Shown here piece by piece: positions 41,303 through 53,705 of a stretch of DNA of 64,000 nucleotides. Both the position numbers and the translations under genes were made by a program. How positions within the stretch are numbered: the stretch's first letter is position 1; each line of letters begins with the position of its first letter. This stretch comes from Chrysomallon squamiferum. Taxonomy: Eukaryota > Animalia > Mollusca. The notes under the pieces are model-generated. The model made no database searches, had not been told where the DNA came from, and was given only the letters and a program-made list of their open reading frames with translations. Location: assembly GCA_012295275.1 (NCBI GenBank), contig CM022672.1, positions 5,394,001 to 5,458,000 of the forward strand, written 5' to 3'.

Positions 41303-42716
41303 TTTTTATCATCATCATGTTCATTATCATTATTAATATAATTAGTCTATAATTATATTATAAATAGTCATAATAAGTAGTAGTAGTAAAATTGTAAGAA
41401 AGAAAGAATACCAAACTCAGAGATTTTTTTTATTCGAATGAAATTTTTAGTGACATTCGTATTTTAAACGATATAAATATACATGTATATTATACTGAAA
41501 TTAAGCTTACCTTTAAAGAATATTTTCGACCGGAAGTAGGCGATAACCAGTCGAAAAACAGTCTGGCTGTCTAACTTCCGGCTGAGCATCGTCCTGTCTA
41601 TCGGAAGTAGTCCTTCAAGCGTTTTGATTTCAGTCCGAAGTTTGTCTCTGTATCTTTTCGATTTGAAACTAAAATAATATCACCACTAAACTTGTACAAT
41701 AAATGTATCGCTGAGCCATATTCAGGAGTAATGTTTAATTTATTTATACCATTGTTTTTCCTCTAGATATTTATACAAATCAGATGTCGGGTTATAATAG
41801 TTATAAAAAATAATAAATAAATAAATAAATAATAATAAACAAACAAACAACAGTAACCGAGAAATTATGTGAATAGAGTAATAATAAAATAACTGGTATG
41901 TTAAAATAATAATGCAAAAATGAGAAAAAAAAAAAAAAAAAAAAAAAAATAAATAAAAAATAAAAAATAAACAAGCCACAGAAAATAAATTGAAATTAAA
42001 TTATTTTTTAAATTGTTCAGTGATTTGAATGTTTTATTCCTGTGATTTTAACTTTAAATTTAATTATAAGCGTTAAATAACTAATTAAAAATATGAAAAA
42101 GTCAAAAAGTTATAAATCATAATAGGTAAGGAAGAATTTTTGTTTATTTATTTGTTTTCAGTTATTTTTGGTTTGTTTGTTTTGTTTTGTTTTGTTTTTA
42201 ATTATTAATTTACAGCTATTATTTTTTATTTTAAAATTCGAATTTAGATAAACTGTATAATTTACGATTTAAATAATTTACTGAATTATTATTATTAACA
42301 TTATTATTATTATTATTATTATTATATTATTAAACTGAACTGAAAATAAATAAATACGATTTTGTTTTTGTAAGTTTATAACGTCTTTTACATACAGTAT
42401 ATAGGTAAAATCACGATATTAAACACCGGTCGTTTATTCTCAATGCATTGTATTTTCTGATTGCTGAAAGTTTATCTTATCTGAATATAAACCTTAAACA
42501 AACTGAATATTAAATTTTTCAGTGATCTCTGTTTGCAACTAGTTACCAGCTAAGATTTGAGATGTTTTAAGTGTTTTGTTTGTCAGACAGACTCATGTAA
42601 GAATTGATGTGGCGACGGTTGGATCTCACCAAGCAGAAACTAGTCTGGGTGTTGTTTTTCGTAATGTTGTTTTTAGCTTAGTTTTGTATGGATTTTATTT
42701 GATTGATGCACTACGT

Positions 42717-42788
<72 letters not shown>

Positions 42789-43525
42789 AACGTGAGAGAG
42801 AGAGAGAGACAGTGTGTGTGTAAGGGTTTGTATTTGTGAAAATTAAGTGTATATCAAAAGAAAAATATTTTTTTATATATAAACTAGTTTTTAAATTACC
42901 TTATTACTTTGTTATAATAATAAAATTGTGATTATTTTCTTTCTTTCTTTCTTTCTTTATTTATTTATTTATTTCATGAGTATACCATTTTGTTATAGAT
43001 GGTTTATGTACTGAGTTTGCTCATTATTTAGTGTATAATAGATTTTTTCTTTTTTATTCATTTTAAGTTCTAACAATCTGCATATAACTTATTCTAGATA
43101 TTCATAGTAACCCATTTTATTTTACAAATATTAAAAATATTATCTTAAACAATGTCCACCCATTGAGTGGGAGAGATGAAATTCTTGTAACATTGTTGTC
43201 TCCGATAGAGAGGTACTTAAGATGCCTACTTCAGATACGAATGATAAATACATTTTTACCTGGAGTTTATTTATCATTTTAAATCCGTGTTATTTTCGAT
43301 TCAGATCATAATACACAAATGTATGTATTGCTTAGACTTGGTTTCTCAAACTGTGTTCCTCGCGAGATATCATTAGTTCAGTGTTCAGTTTCAGAGAAAT
43401 AAATCATTCATTTTGGATTTTTTAGAGACATTATTTAAAAAAATTAATTTCATTCCTACTTCATTTCGTTACTGTACATATCAGATCCAATAAAATTAAC
43501 ATAAAGTGTGCACAAAAGAGAAACA

Positions 43526-43595
<70 letters not shown>

Positions 43596-45295
43596 GTAAT
43601 AATAATATTAATAATAATAATAATAAACATTTTGTAAAAAGTTAATGGATGAATTATTAAAAATAAAAATTTAATTTTATAAGTTTAATTTATTACTGCT
43701 TCTCTTTGCTTTTTCTCTTTTTCATGTATACTTTTGTTTTGGAAGTTAATTTTTTTTTTTTTTTTTTTTCCACATGCGAGGTAAGGAAATTAGAATTATA
43801 TTCATCTTAACAAAACACTGTAGAACTAGTTTATCATACTCATGTTTCAACAGCAATGTAAATTATTTAAACATCGACCACGTCTAAAATCAAATTTAAA
43901 ACAGTTTAGCTACGCTGGTCCTGGAACTTGTATTCAGTATTAGAATATTACATCTGTAAACTTTCACTGTAACAAATTAAACTGTTATAATCTGCAACCA
44001 TACGAGAATAGAACTGAAATCGCTACAGTACAGATCTGACTATAAATATTTTATAGACGAACATTCATATAAGTATGAGAGTTTTAACTAACCCACTGTT
44101 TTGATAATGAACTCATTTTATGTTGATAGTCATAAGTCATGGCATACGAACCTTTTTATTTATTTATTTATTATCTGTATGTTTTGTCTTTTTATATATT
44201 TGTTTGTTTATCTATTTATTTTTTGAATACAGGATCTAAAAGATTTCAAAACAGAAAATCACACTACGTATTTAACCGTGTTTTCAACCCTTGAAAATGT
44301 TAACAAATGTTGACAAAACATGAAAGTTAAATGACGTGTTGGAGATTGTTTACTAATGAAATTCGTGCACGTGTGATCAGAAACAATACTCGACAACGAC
44401 ACGAACACAGATACCTTTCAGTAAATTCGTGTTGCAGTCCTTCCTATACCCACACGAACAGCCCCATTTCCATGACACTTGTGTTATTTTTGATCGTTAT
44501 ATTTACGAATTATGATATAAAAGTGACACAAAGAGTGAACTAGTTGCATTTACGTCGAAACGCTCTGAGAGCTACTGCAAGACGTTGCAGGTTTTACAAA
44601 GAAAGTATTATTTGTGATTAGTGCAAACTTGGTTTCCCAGGATGCTTCTGTGTTCTTCAAAAGTTGTGTTACAAAAGTGACTGAATGACTGAAGACATTT
44701 TATTTAAAATGGAAACGTCGTGAACGCTGATTTGAAGATACTCCAGTTCTAAACAGCACCTATTATTTTTATGTAGCGCCTGTGGTTTCAAAAATGTTGG
44801 TGCAAAAGGTCTGAGGAATAATATTTTTTGGTATAAGCAGTTTCAAGAGATTTCACGTTTGTTTGTTTTGTATTTTGATGTGAACAGTTTTAAGGTGTGC
44901 TGCATTATTTTTCTTTCTGTAAACAGGATTACTGATTTGGGGTGAAACAGTTTCCGAGAACAAAGCTAATATACTTTGGTATAACTAGCTTTCAGGAATT
45001 CATTTTCTTTCTTTCTTGTTTAATTTTGATTTATTTTTCTTTCTTTCTTATTTATTTGTTTTATTACTTTATTTATTTATTTTATTATTATTATTTTTTA
45101 ATGCCTTTAAGAAAATATAAAGTCATTGATGGACGTTATTCAAGCTACAAGTTAATGTTTTAGAAAGAAATGTATATAAAAAAAAAAAAAAATTAATTAA
45201 AAACAAAAAGACAAATTAAAAAACCCATTGTGTATAAAAAAAACCATTGTGAAGATGCGGCGATTTTTGATAATCGATTCAAAATTCTATTATTA

Positions 45296-45332
<37 letters not shown>

Positions 45333-45587
45333 GTTGTTGTTGTTGTTGTTGTTGTTGTGTTAGTATTTATCTTTTCCTACATGTATTTTATTTATTGTGT
45401 TTCTCGTTAAAAAAATATTGTTATATTTTGTTGTTATTAGTGGATTTATTTATTTATCTTACTTTCGTTTTCCCTTTCGTTTAAATATTAATTAAATTTA
45501 ATAATATTCAGAAAAATATTTGGAAAAGCTAATAATTCAAGAAAACATTCATAATAATTTTTGTTGATTTCTTCTGTATTACAATTT

Positions 45588-45622
<35 letters not shown>

Positions 45623-45758
45623 TAATAATAGTAATAATAATAATAATAATTGTAAATGAAAAAAATTAAGAATTTGCTATTTTTGTGTTCAATTTTACAT
45701 TAAAAATTAAAACTGTATGACATTTTCATTTTGTCATTATTATCTTTATGATTATTTC

Positions 45759-45794
<36 letters not shown>

Positions 45795-46496
45795 CATCAT
45801 ATTCATTATTATTATTATATTTTAATTAATTCATAAATGAATGCATACCAATTTTAGTTTTAATATGTATCAGATACAGGTAATAATGGTAATAAATAAT
45901 GTTACACCTGAAAAGAAATTAAACCAGTTTTTGTTATTGTTATTGTTGTTACTGCTAATATTTTTATTACTGCAAATGCTAATATATGTATGTATATGGG
46001 TGTGCATGTGTATGTATTAGTAGGTATATATGTACGAATACATAACGATTTTCTTTCACTGTGGTATAAATGAACATTTTAAAAACTTAACCCATTTACT
46101 AAAAAAATAAAACAGTTTAAAGAAGAAGAATGAATATCGTATTTTCTGGCATTATTCTGGTTCACTAAATATATTAATTTTCTTTCCATTTTCTTTTTCT
46201 TAATTATTTATAATATATAAATGATCAAACATTTTAATCATCTTAACAACAACGTTTAAGACTAATAAACTTGAAATTAAATATCAAATACTGCTAATTA
46301 CAGTTTATAGGTGTTTTTTTTTTTTTTTTTTAGATTAGCTCATACATATTTAATTTAAAACACGTGTAAACATATAATTTTAATAGCAAAGAAAAATGTG
46401 TGTAATTGTATCTTATATATGTAAAATATAAGCAATGTTTTATTTAACTCACCTTGGATCAATCTTCGTTTTTAACTCCGATTTTTCACTTTTCAT
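31134..46496 (-). CDS. Divergent AHR/spineless-related class I bHLH-PAS transcription factor, 10 exons, about 745 aa
   Basis: Exons 46496-46453, 41668-41511 (bHLH: SKRYRDKLRTEIKTLEGLLP...KLDSQTVFRLVIAYFRSKIFF), 39847-39783 (uncertain, GC donor), 36696-36607 (PAS-A: VLDGFLLLLTTDGTILYVSENILQYLGYNQ), 36053-35931 (VHPDDH), 34064-33963 (SFISRMKCFSGTSAGYL), 33676-33486 (FWTKHAMDL), 33090-32984 (ILGYEDDELNGCSFYSLIHAED), 32722-32581 (PAC: YYRIQSKKGTWVWLQSRGKVISKN) and 32349-31134 (Q/P/S-rich tail). Motifs and intron positions/phases resemble AHR. Confidence 0.88.
35229..35844. mobile_element. Non-autonomous DNA transposon (MITE), probably hAT-like, in intron 5 of the bHLH-PAS gene
   Basis: Perfect 12-bp terminal inverted repeats CATGGCCGTAAC (35229-35240) and GTTACGGCCATG (35833-35844), shared subterminal TGAGGCAAA/TTTGCCTCA, and an interior richer in GC than the flanks. 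No clear target-site duplication and no transposase. Confidence 0.7.
37445..38020 (+). CDS. AP5S1: AP-5 complex subunit sigma-1, single-exon CDS, 191 aa, nested antisense in intron 3 of the bHLH-PAS gene
   Basis: Uninterrupted ORF MVFAFIMNTL...RKHQIHKIAHEI...VTWMGAGYVAFALVCDKTENRLIAETVLR...RSDRISLVLSKFLPLGNLLYMN...FEKE matches the AP5S1 pattern (MVHAFLIHTL...RKEQILAVARQV...VWLGVLSLGFALVLDAHENLLLAEGTLR...RADRIEGILTRFLPHGQLLFLN). AATAAA lies at about 38053. Confidence 0.93.
   Translation: MVFAFIMNTLLPGTTTVLFYQLYGRKEEDSEQSAEEIRVNRKHQIHKIAHEISSEYQFRRSVSNKTVEENALRINNDDIFPGFENGYFLLHDTRLFPNGSFVTWMGAGYVAFALVCDKTENRLIAETVLRHIVKYLQEYVRVLSQPAESSIRSDRISLVLSKFLPLGNLLYMNTRAIRQFEKELDSFIKTM
42720..42785. 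repeat. (TG)n microsatellite
   Basis: Directly visible dinucleotide run. Confidence 0.95.
43526..43627. repeat. (AAT)n microsatellite
   Basis: Directly visible trinucleotide run. Confidence 0.95.
45704..45794. repeat. Short dispersed repeat with (ATT)n tail, copy 2
   Basis: Near-identical to 13534-13622. Confidence 0.85.
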
Positions 46497-46759
46497 TTTT
46501 AATAAACTTGCCGTAGCTTATCTTTTCTTTTCTTTTTTCACTTTCTTTCTTTCTTTCTTTCTTGTTTGTTTGTTTCTTTAAGTTGTTGTTGTTAATCTTG
46601 TTCTCGTGCTTATTATAAACATCAAATGTTCAGTCTATATTTATTTAAATATTACATTTATCCTTAAAAACAAACTGTCTAAAATAAGATGAAATATTCA
46701 CGCTATAATACTGAACTGTCTGTGAAAATAGTCTAAACTGACTTCATGTCGCTAATGAT

Positions 46760-47150
46760 TTTCAGCCAGTATTTATCAATAACCAATAGGAAAGCAGTTT
46801 ACTAACTTTCTTTCTGACAAGTTTTGAATACCAATGAGCGCCTGGCGTCGCTGAGGAGTCGCTGTACTCTGTTTACAGGGGATGTCACTTGTTGTGCCCA
46901 CCTCGTAGCGAGAAGGGTTCTCTGTTGTTTGCGGAGGGAATAAAACAAGAACAAATTGCCAAAACGTCGTCCTCGAGATGTGACAGACTGTGTCGAAAAA
47001 TCGTTTGGTGGATCCGATCTAATGGGCGTCGGCGCCGGCTACTTGCAAATTGCGACTGAAGGAGGGTTAAAAAGATATTGTGACAAATTTGAGGATCAGT
47101 CTGATAGAGTGAGATACAGAAACACTAGATATGAGTGTTATCTTTGATCC
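46760..47150. promoter_or_regulatory. CpG-rich promoter/enhancer upstream of the bHLH-PAS gene
   Basis: Local GC/CpG enrichment about 260-650 bp upstream of the ATG at 46496, with two CCAAT boxes (about 46783 and 46830) and TGTTTAC and TGACAG motifs. Confidence 0.45.
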
Positions 47151-48177
47151 CAGTAAAATCGTTCTTTCCTCCAAGTATTACATAATTTTTAAATATTCTA
47201 ATAGCAGCTTATGATCACAGACTTTCATTATGAAGATAATGAAATAAAGGATATTAGAGAATTAAAATTCTACAGTAACAACTGTAGATACATTTTATTT
47301 AAAAAATGGGGAAAAAAACACCATCAGTTCCCATCGCAAATGATCGCAGAACAAGGATGCGTCGAAAATACACACCAGAAAATAAATATTTACTTTGTAT
47401 TATAATTTACTAACTCTGGGATAAAGGAAAAGATAAATGCATTAGTACAGAATAAATGAATGTTTATCAACACCACGGCACCAAAAAATAATTAAGCCTT
47501 AATCGATTCATGAATGTAAAGACAATTTCCAAACGTATTACTGTAACTGCTAATTGTTTTGTCAGAATGAACTTAGTTATTTAACAATTACTGTCGAAAA
47601 GGCTCACTATCGTAATTTTATTTTTAGTTTTTAATTGTCATTGATAACCAGTTTTAAAGAATTGGAAATGAATAATGCACTTTCACTTTTTATTTTATAT
47701 CGCGCGCACCTGCACATAAGCACACACACACAATGACGTATTATGTTCTGTACCTAAGATGGACAGACCCACGGTACCTCAAGTGTTCAAGTACGAATTC
47801 CCGTATTAGCCCCACTGAGATGGAAATGTTATCATTCACCAAGTAACTCCTTGTCGCTGCATTTTAGATACAAAAACAAATGATCTTACATTAATTATGA
47901 AATTTTATTTTTTAAAGGTTACTTGGTGAGGAATGAAACTTAATTAAAAAAAAAAATTATTAAAAATATTTTAAAACTTTATTTAGATATTCACACATAT
48001 TCTAACACATTATTTAATCTTAATTTCTTGATTATTTTAACTTATTTATTTAGTAACTGTTATTTTACTTGGAGGTAAAAGTAATGTTTTCAGTGTAAAA
48101 CATATAGTTTTCGTTTTTCCTTTTTTCGTACATGTTAATCAACAAACAGATTGAGTAAAGACACTTTATATATGTGT

Positions 48178-48440
48178 GTGTATGTTTAGGTATATATGTA
48201 ATTAATCATTTCTTTCTTTTTCTTTCTTCTTTATATATTTCGTGTTTTTCTCTGTATATATACATATTTACGTATTTACTGAGTGATTTTCAAAAGCTAC
48301 ATGTATGTTTAGGTATATATGTAATTAATCTTTTTTTTTTCTTCTTTATATATATATCGTTCATGTTTTTCTCTGTGTATATAGAGAAAAACATGAAAGA
48401 TACATTTACGTATTTACTGAGTGATTTTCAAAAGCTACGT
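48178..48440. repeat. Tandem duplication of about 125-140 bp; the second copy contains a 15-bp perfect hairpin
   Basis: TGTATGTTTAGGTATATATGTAATTAATC...ATTTACGTATTTACTGAGTGATTTTCAAAAGCTAC occurs twice. Confidence 0.85.
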
Positions 48441-49239
48441 AATAAATTACAACACATTTAAATTAAAATTATATTTTGTCGTATACTATGAATAAATTTA
48501 GAAGCGTCGAACTAAATATAAAATACTAAAATAATTTTCATGCAGATTCAGATGACATTGGAATATACTGCAAATTTAGTGTGTATACCAAGACTGAATT
48601 AAAATAATAATCCTCCTTTTTTAAATTACAATCAGATCTTGAACCTTCTAACACACAGTTGATGTCAAGGCAGAATCGGAGTAGATTACAGTTTAATTAT
48701 TTTTCGACATATACACTTTTTACGAACCGCTGTTTGTCTATTATTTACGAATAATTAAATATAATAACAAACACATTATAAAATCTATTAGGCTATATTA
48801 ATAATTATAAATGTAGTATTTGATTATTCTTAATTAATATCATAACCGGCCGTTCTATTCTCTAACAAATCCGGACGTAAGTAAACTCGCATAGGCAAAT
48901 ATATAACCCATTCATTTTCTTATACACAAGGACACACAAGGTGCCCCCTCTCTTTTTCCATTTCTCCATCTCTCTCTCACACACACTCACACGCATACCA
49001 ATTCTAATACATTATAAACCACGCCTCTCTCTCTCACCTGAAACATATTTAAAACCATTATCTCCTATTCAAAAACACTGTTTCATGCGTTGATACAAAT
49101 ACTTATTGTCTTTCATACACATATTCATGCATATACCTATTCGCACTCTTTCACACAGACGCGCATATACCCACATACACCCAGCCTCTCATCTACAAAC
49201 ATATATTCCCATTGTCTTTCAGACACATAAGAATATAAT

Positions 49240-49242
<3 letters not shown>

Positions 49243-49306
<64 letters not shown>
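49243..49306. repeat. (CT)n microsatellite
   Basis: Directly visible dinucleotide run. Confidence 0.95.
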
Positions 49307-49309
<3 letters not shown>

Positions 49310-50051
49310 CATATATGTAGCAACCAAGAGCTGCATACACGTTCAAAATCCTAATTAACTAAGTGATATCTGACAGTAATATTACAGTTCTTACTTTTGT
49401 TACAGATATCAAAACAATTTGAATAATAATAATTTTAGATAAAACAGTAAATTCCTCTACGGAAGGGAGAGGAGTAAGGAAAGATGATAAGAAAAAAGAA
49501 AGAAAAATTGAAAACAACTGCATTTTCTGATCAGAATTTCTATATTTCTGATACACAAAAGCGCGAGCATACACACAAACACGCATACACCATATCAGCA
49601 GCGTTTCGTGAAAATATGCTTGTCGATGAATATTATTTTAGTTTCAAAATTTTTAATACAGTAAACAGTATAAGGGCATTTTTAACTTACGGGTTTTCTA
49701 ACAGTCCAAGTCAGTGTAAAAACTCTGCCCTGCCCGAATGGCAACTGTAGTTTGTTCTCATTTAACGACGCCAGTCAATTGTTGAATTTTTTTGGGAGTG
49801 TGGGTCTAAATGATGACGTCAGAAACTAAGTTAATGCACAGGTTACGTACACATTAATTTTATTTACTTTCTTGTGTTATATTACTTTGTAACTCACGAA
49901 TAAATTTATATATCAGTGGTGGTAAGTACCTGTATATAGATTTAATAATAATAATAATAATAATAATAATAGTAAAATAAATACTCTTAATAATAATAAT
50001 AAAATAACCTGCTGATGTTTCTTCTTTTTTTTGTTCTTCTTTTTGTTCTTC

Positions 50052-50106
<55 letters not shown>

Positions 50107-50189
50107 TTAGTGCAGCCGTAAAGCAAATAGTCACCAGTCGTTATCAAACTTTAATAAAATAAACATAGTTATAACTCTGTTCCTTCAAA

Positions 50190-50230
<41 letters not shown>

Positions 50231-51601
50231 ATAATAATAATATAAATAATAATAATAAATGAATAAAAATTTAAATAATTAATATAAAATAAAATTATAT
50301 ACACATACATACATACATACATATAAATAAGTTAAAAAATAAAGTTTAATAAATAAATAAGAAGAAATTTAAACAGTTATAATAAATCGCATAATCAAAA
50401 CTATTAAAGAAAATAATATAATATTAATTTTTATTTTCAAAGTAAAATTGTTCTTGTTATTGTTAATTTTCTGGTGTTTATGCTGTTGTAATTATTGTTG
50501 TTGTTGTTGTTACTATTATTATTATTGTTTAATTATTTTTTTTTTTTTTATTTTTTTTCTTTTATATATATATATATACACTGGTTATGATAATATTTTA
50601 TTTATACATAAAGGTATTTTTCTTGTATATTCGTAAATGTCCAAAAGGAATTTAATCACATTTGCACGCTATATAACTTATGCTTTATATCGTATGTTTG
50701 TCATACTTGTTTTCTCCGGTGGGCTGTCATTCACTTTCGAGGCTTGGTCGAGGCTTGGTCGAGGTATGGCTAAAATTTAAACTTTAAGTCGTTTTATAAA
50801 GCAAATACAAAACCTAAATCTCTAAATCTGGGGTATAGAATGCCTCTTTGAAATAATGTACAGCATAAAATATTCGCATATCTCCTATAGTCTTACCATA
50901 AACTGTTAACCACTGAAACTTAGGTTTGATATATTAAAATAACTAAGACTATGGTAATAATAACGTATTCAATAGCACCACACTATCGGTCACTGGGTGA
51001 ATGATAAAGGATTATTGGCACTAAAATTATTGGAGGTATGGAGAACTCTTTTTACGTGCCCACGTCCAATTCAAGGTTCGGGCACAATTATTAGCACTAA
51101 GTGCCAGACAAGGATAGTCTTATACAACGAGTATATATCCCCAAACCTGTATTTTAAGTGAATATCCAGAGGGTCATCTTAAAAACCCCTTTTACCTCAA
51201 ACGCCGATATGTACCGTACACAGATCTGTCAAATGTGTACTAAAATGACTGCTCTTAGCAAGGCGTAACATAATCATATTTATTTCCCATCGAACATGTT
51301 TACTTAAACTACAGTTCGCAAATGTCCTCACCTATTTGAGTCAACTGGTGTCGTATGGACTTATCTTGACATCGCATTCTGGTTATATGATAAATGTTTT
51401 AATCTTCTCTTGTTTTCCTCTCCTCTCGGCATGACCTTGTTCACATTTTCACATATTTGAGAGGAATGTATGTAAAAATCAAGCTGTTTCAAGAAGACAT
51501 GACTTTGCTGTGGGGCAGACGGAGATACTGGCTGCTATTGAGAGCGAATTATAGTCAGCGAATACATGCATTTTACTATTAATTTTAATTAAGTATCAAA
51601 C

Positions 51602-51647
<46 letters not shown>

Positions 51648-51722
51648 GATTTAGAACAGGAAAACGCCTTTAGGGATAGATATTAGTTATATCTATTAGT
51701 TGGAAGGGACAATGTAAACGAA

Positions 51723-51760
51723 CCCTTCCATAGACAGGAAAGCATATAAACTGGTCTTTA
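51723..51760 (-). mobile_element. Short SINE core fragment (MetaSINE-like)
   Basis: CCCTTCCATAGACAGGAAAGCATATAAACTGGTCTTT resembles the reverse core CCCACAGACAGGATAGCACATACCACGGCCTTT. Confidence 0.35.
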
Positions 51761-52700
51761 GTCATCAAAAATAAAATAAAATAAAATAAAATAAAATAAA
51801 ATAAAATAATCATACAAAAAACAAGTGAACAAACAAAATGAAAAGAACTAACATTTATTTGATGTTCCTACCTTTTTTCTTTCCTTTTTACTATTATTAT
51901 TTTATAAATTTATTTATTGTTATTAAATAGTTTATCAGACTGTAATATTTTTTTCTTGATAAATAACTATATTTACAACTAAACACGAAATGTAAATGTA
52001 TCTGCCATATTTTGGTGCTTAGACGGTATTACCTGTAAACATGGCATAGAAAGACTGAGTGATGCCAACGCGCCAAAATGATTCATTTTAAAAATGTATT
52101 TCTATTGTTATTTATTATTAAATTTATTCAGTTCAAATTTTGCAAACCCTTTGATTTAAAATTGATAAAATATTTGTATTTACTGCAAAACTGGAAATAG
52201 TTTGTCCTAAATAAAGACCAGGTACCTGCAATACAAAATCATAAAAGGTTATTCTCAGTGTATTAGAAAATTATTTTTCAAAATAAGATGCTGAATCTTT
52301 TACATATTAGGAAACTCTTAATGACCAAATCAGACTATAACAATAAGGAGTAAATACATTTATTTAATTCTGTATATTTACAAGTTGTAAATTAATTCAA
52401 ATTTCACATTTTTATACAATAATATACAATATAAAAATTTGTAAAAAGAATAAAAAATAATAATAATCATCATCATTGTTGTCGTCGTGAGTAATAATAA
52501 TTGAGAAATTAATTTTATTTTTCTCTGGAAACAAAATTAATGAATATTGCAGAAAAATTGCATTTCTGTGAAAAGTCATTTGTGATGTAAGTAAACAACA
52601 ATAACAGAACTTGTATTAGAATGCCTAACTGAAATTGTTGTTGTACTATTTTTTATTGAAAAAGAATAATAATTTTAACAACAATAAAAATAATAATAAT

Positions 52701-52747
<47 letters not shown>

Positions 52748-53705
52748 TATGACCTAACATGTTATAAGCCAAAATATGTATGTACAAGAATTGAAATTGT
52801 TTTGATAAATCTACATTTTTAAAACAAAACTGAAAACATTTTATTTGAAATATATTTATGCAATCATTTGTAATTTAATTTGTTTTCATAATTATTATTG
52901 TCAAACTGACAATATATAAAGAATTCTGCCTATAACCAAAAAAAATCACAAAACATTAAAAAGAAACACCCTCCCAAAATTCGAAACAGTTAGCTAACCA
53001 GTGAAATCATAATCCTAATATTTTGCTGTTCTTAACAAATTAAACAAATCTCACTTCACTGCATAAAATTATTTGAGCTGAAGAAAAATTTGTCATTAGT
53101 TTTATAAAAAAAAAGCTTTTATGCTTGGGTTTTTTTTCTTGTTTTTTGAGATTTTGCAGATTATTGCTGATTTTTTGTCAGTATTTTTATTTTATTTGTT
53201 GTTTTTAACCTCTTACTGAGCATGAATTGTGATTAAATATTAGATAAAAAGAAAGCAACATGAAAAAAAAATCTATTTTGAGCTACTGATATCACATGAA
53301 CATATGATTCAACCTAATAATATTATGTTAGTTAAATCTAGAAAAATAAGCATTTAATTAAATGTTTGTTAAGAACACTGAGTTAATATATTTAAAATGA
53401 TGCACTAAATGCACAAATAAATGAATGAATGAAAGGATGAATTAATAAATATTTCAGTATTTTATTATTCTGATTTATATATTGTTATGTACTGATACAT
53501 AAAAAATATAAAAATATTTCACAAAATTGAAGCAAAAAAAAATAAACAAAATATTCACTGATTTAATTTAAAAATAAAGTGTTAACTTCCAAAAGTGCTG
53601 TTAATATATTTGATTTAACACAGATGAAAGCTTCCAGTGTTGTAAAATAAAAGTTGTGTGTGTGGAAACTGAAACAACAATTTTTTTTTTTATTTCTCCG
53701 AGCTG

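Noticed and set aside
43330-43365. hAT/Charlie-like terminus (TTGGTTTCTCAAACTGTGTTCC)
   Set aside because: No partner inverted repeat was found, and the match is too short to support an element call.
31134-46496. Naming the bHLH-PAS gene AHR or NPAS4
   Set aside because: It is closest to AHR by motif but too divergent to assign orthology without a phylogeny, so the symbol is left blank.
46956-47147. 63-aa plus-strand ORF in the CpG-rich region
   Set aside because: It has a non-ATG start, no recognisable homology or splice structure, and is better explained as regulatory DNA.
47246-47254. Perfect U12 AT-AC donor ATATCCTTT on the minus strand upstream of the bHLH-PAS gene
   Set aside because: No matching TCCTTAAC branch point or AC acceptor was found downstream, and a single hit is expected by chance in AT-rich DNA.
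51030-51090. tRNA gene suggested by GGTTCG
   Set aside because: No cloverleaf can be formed and the A/B boxes are degenerate.
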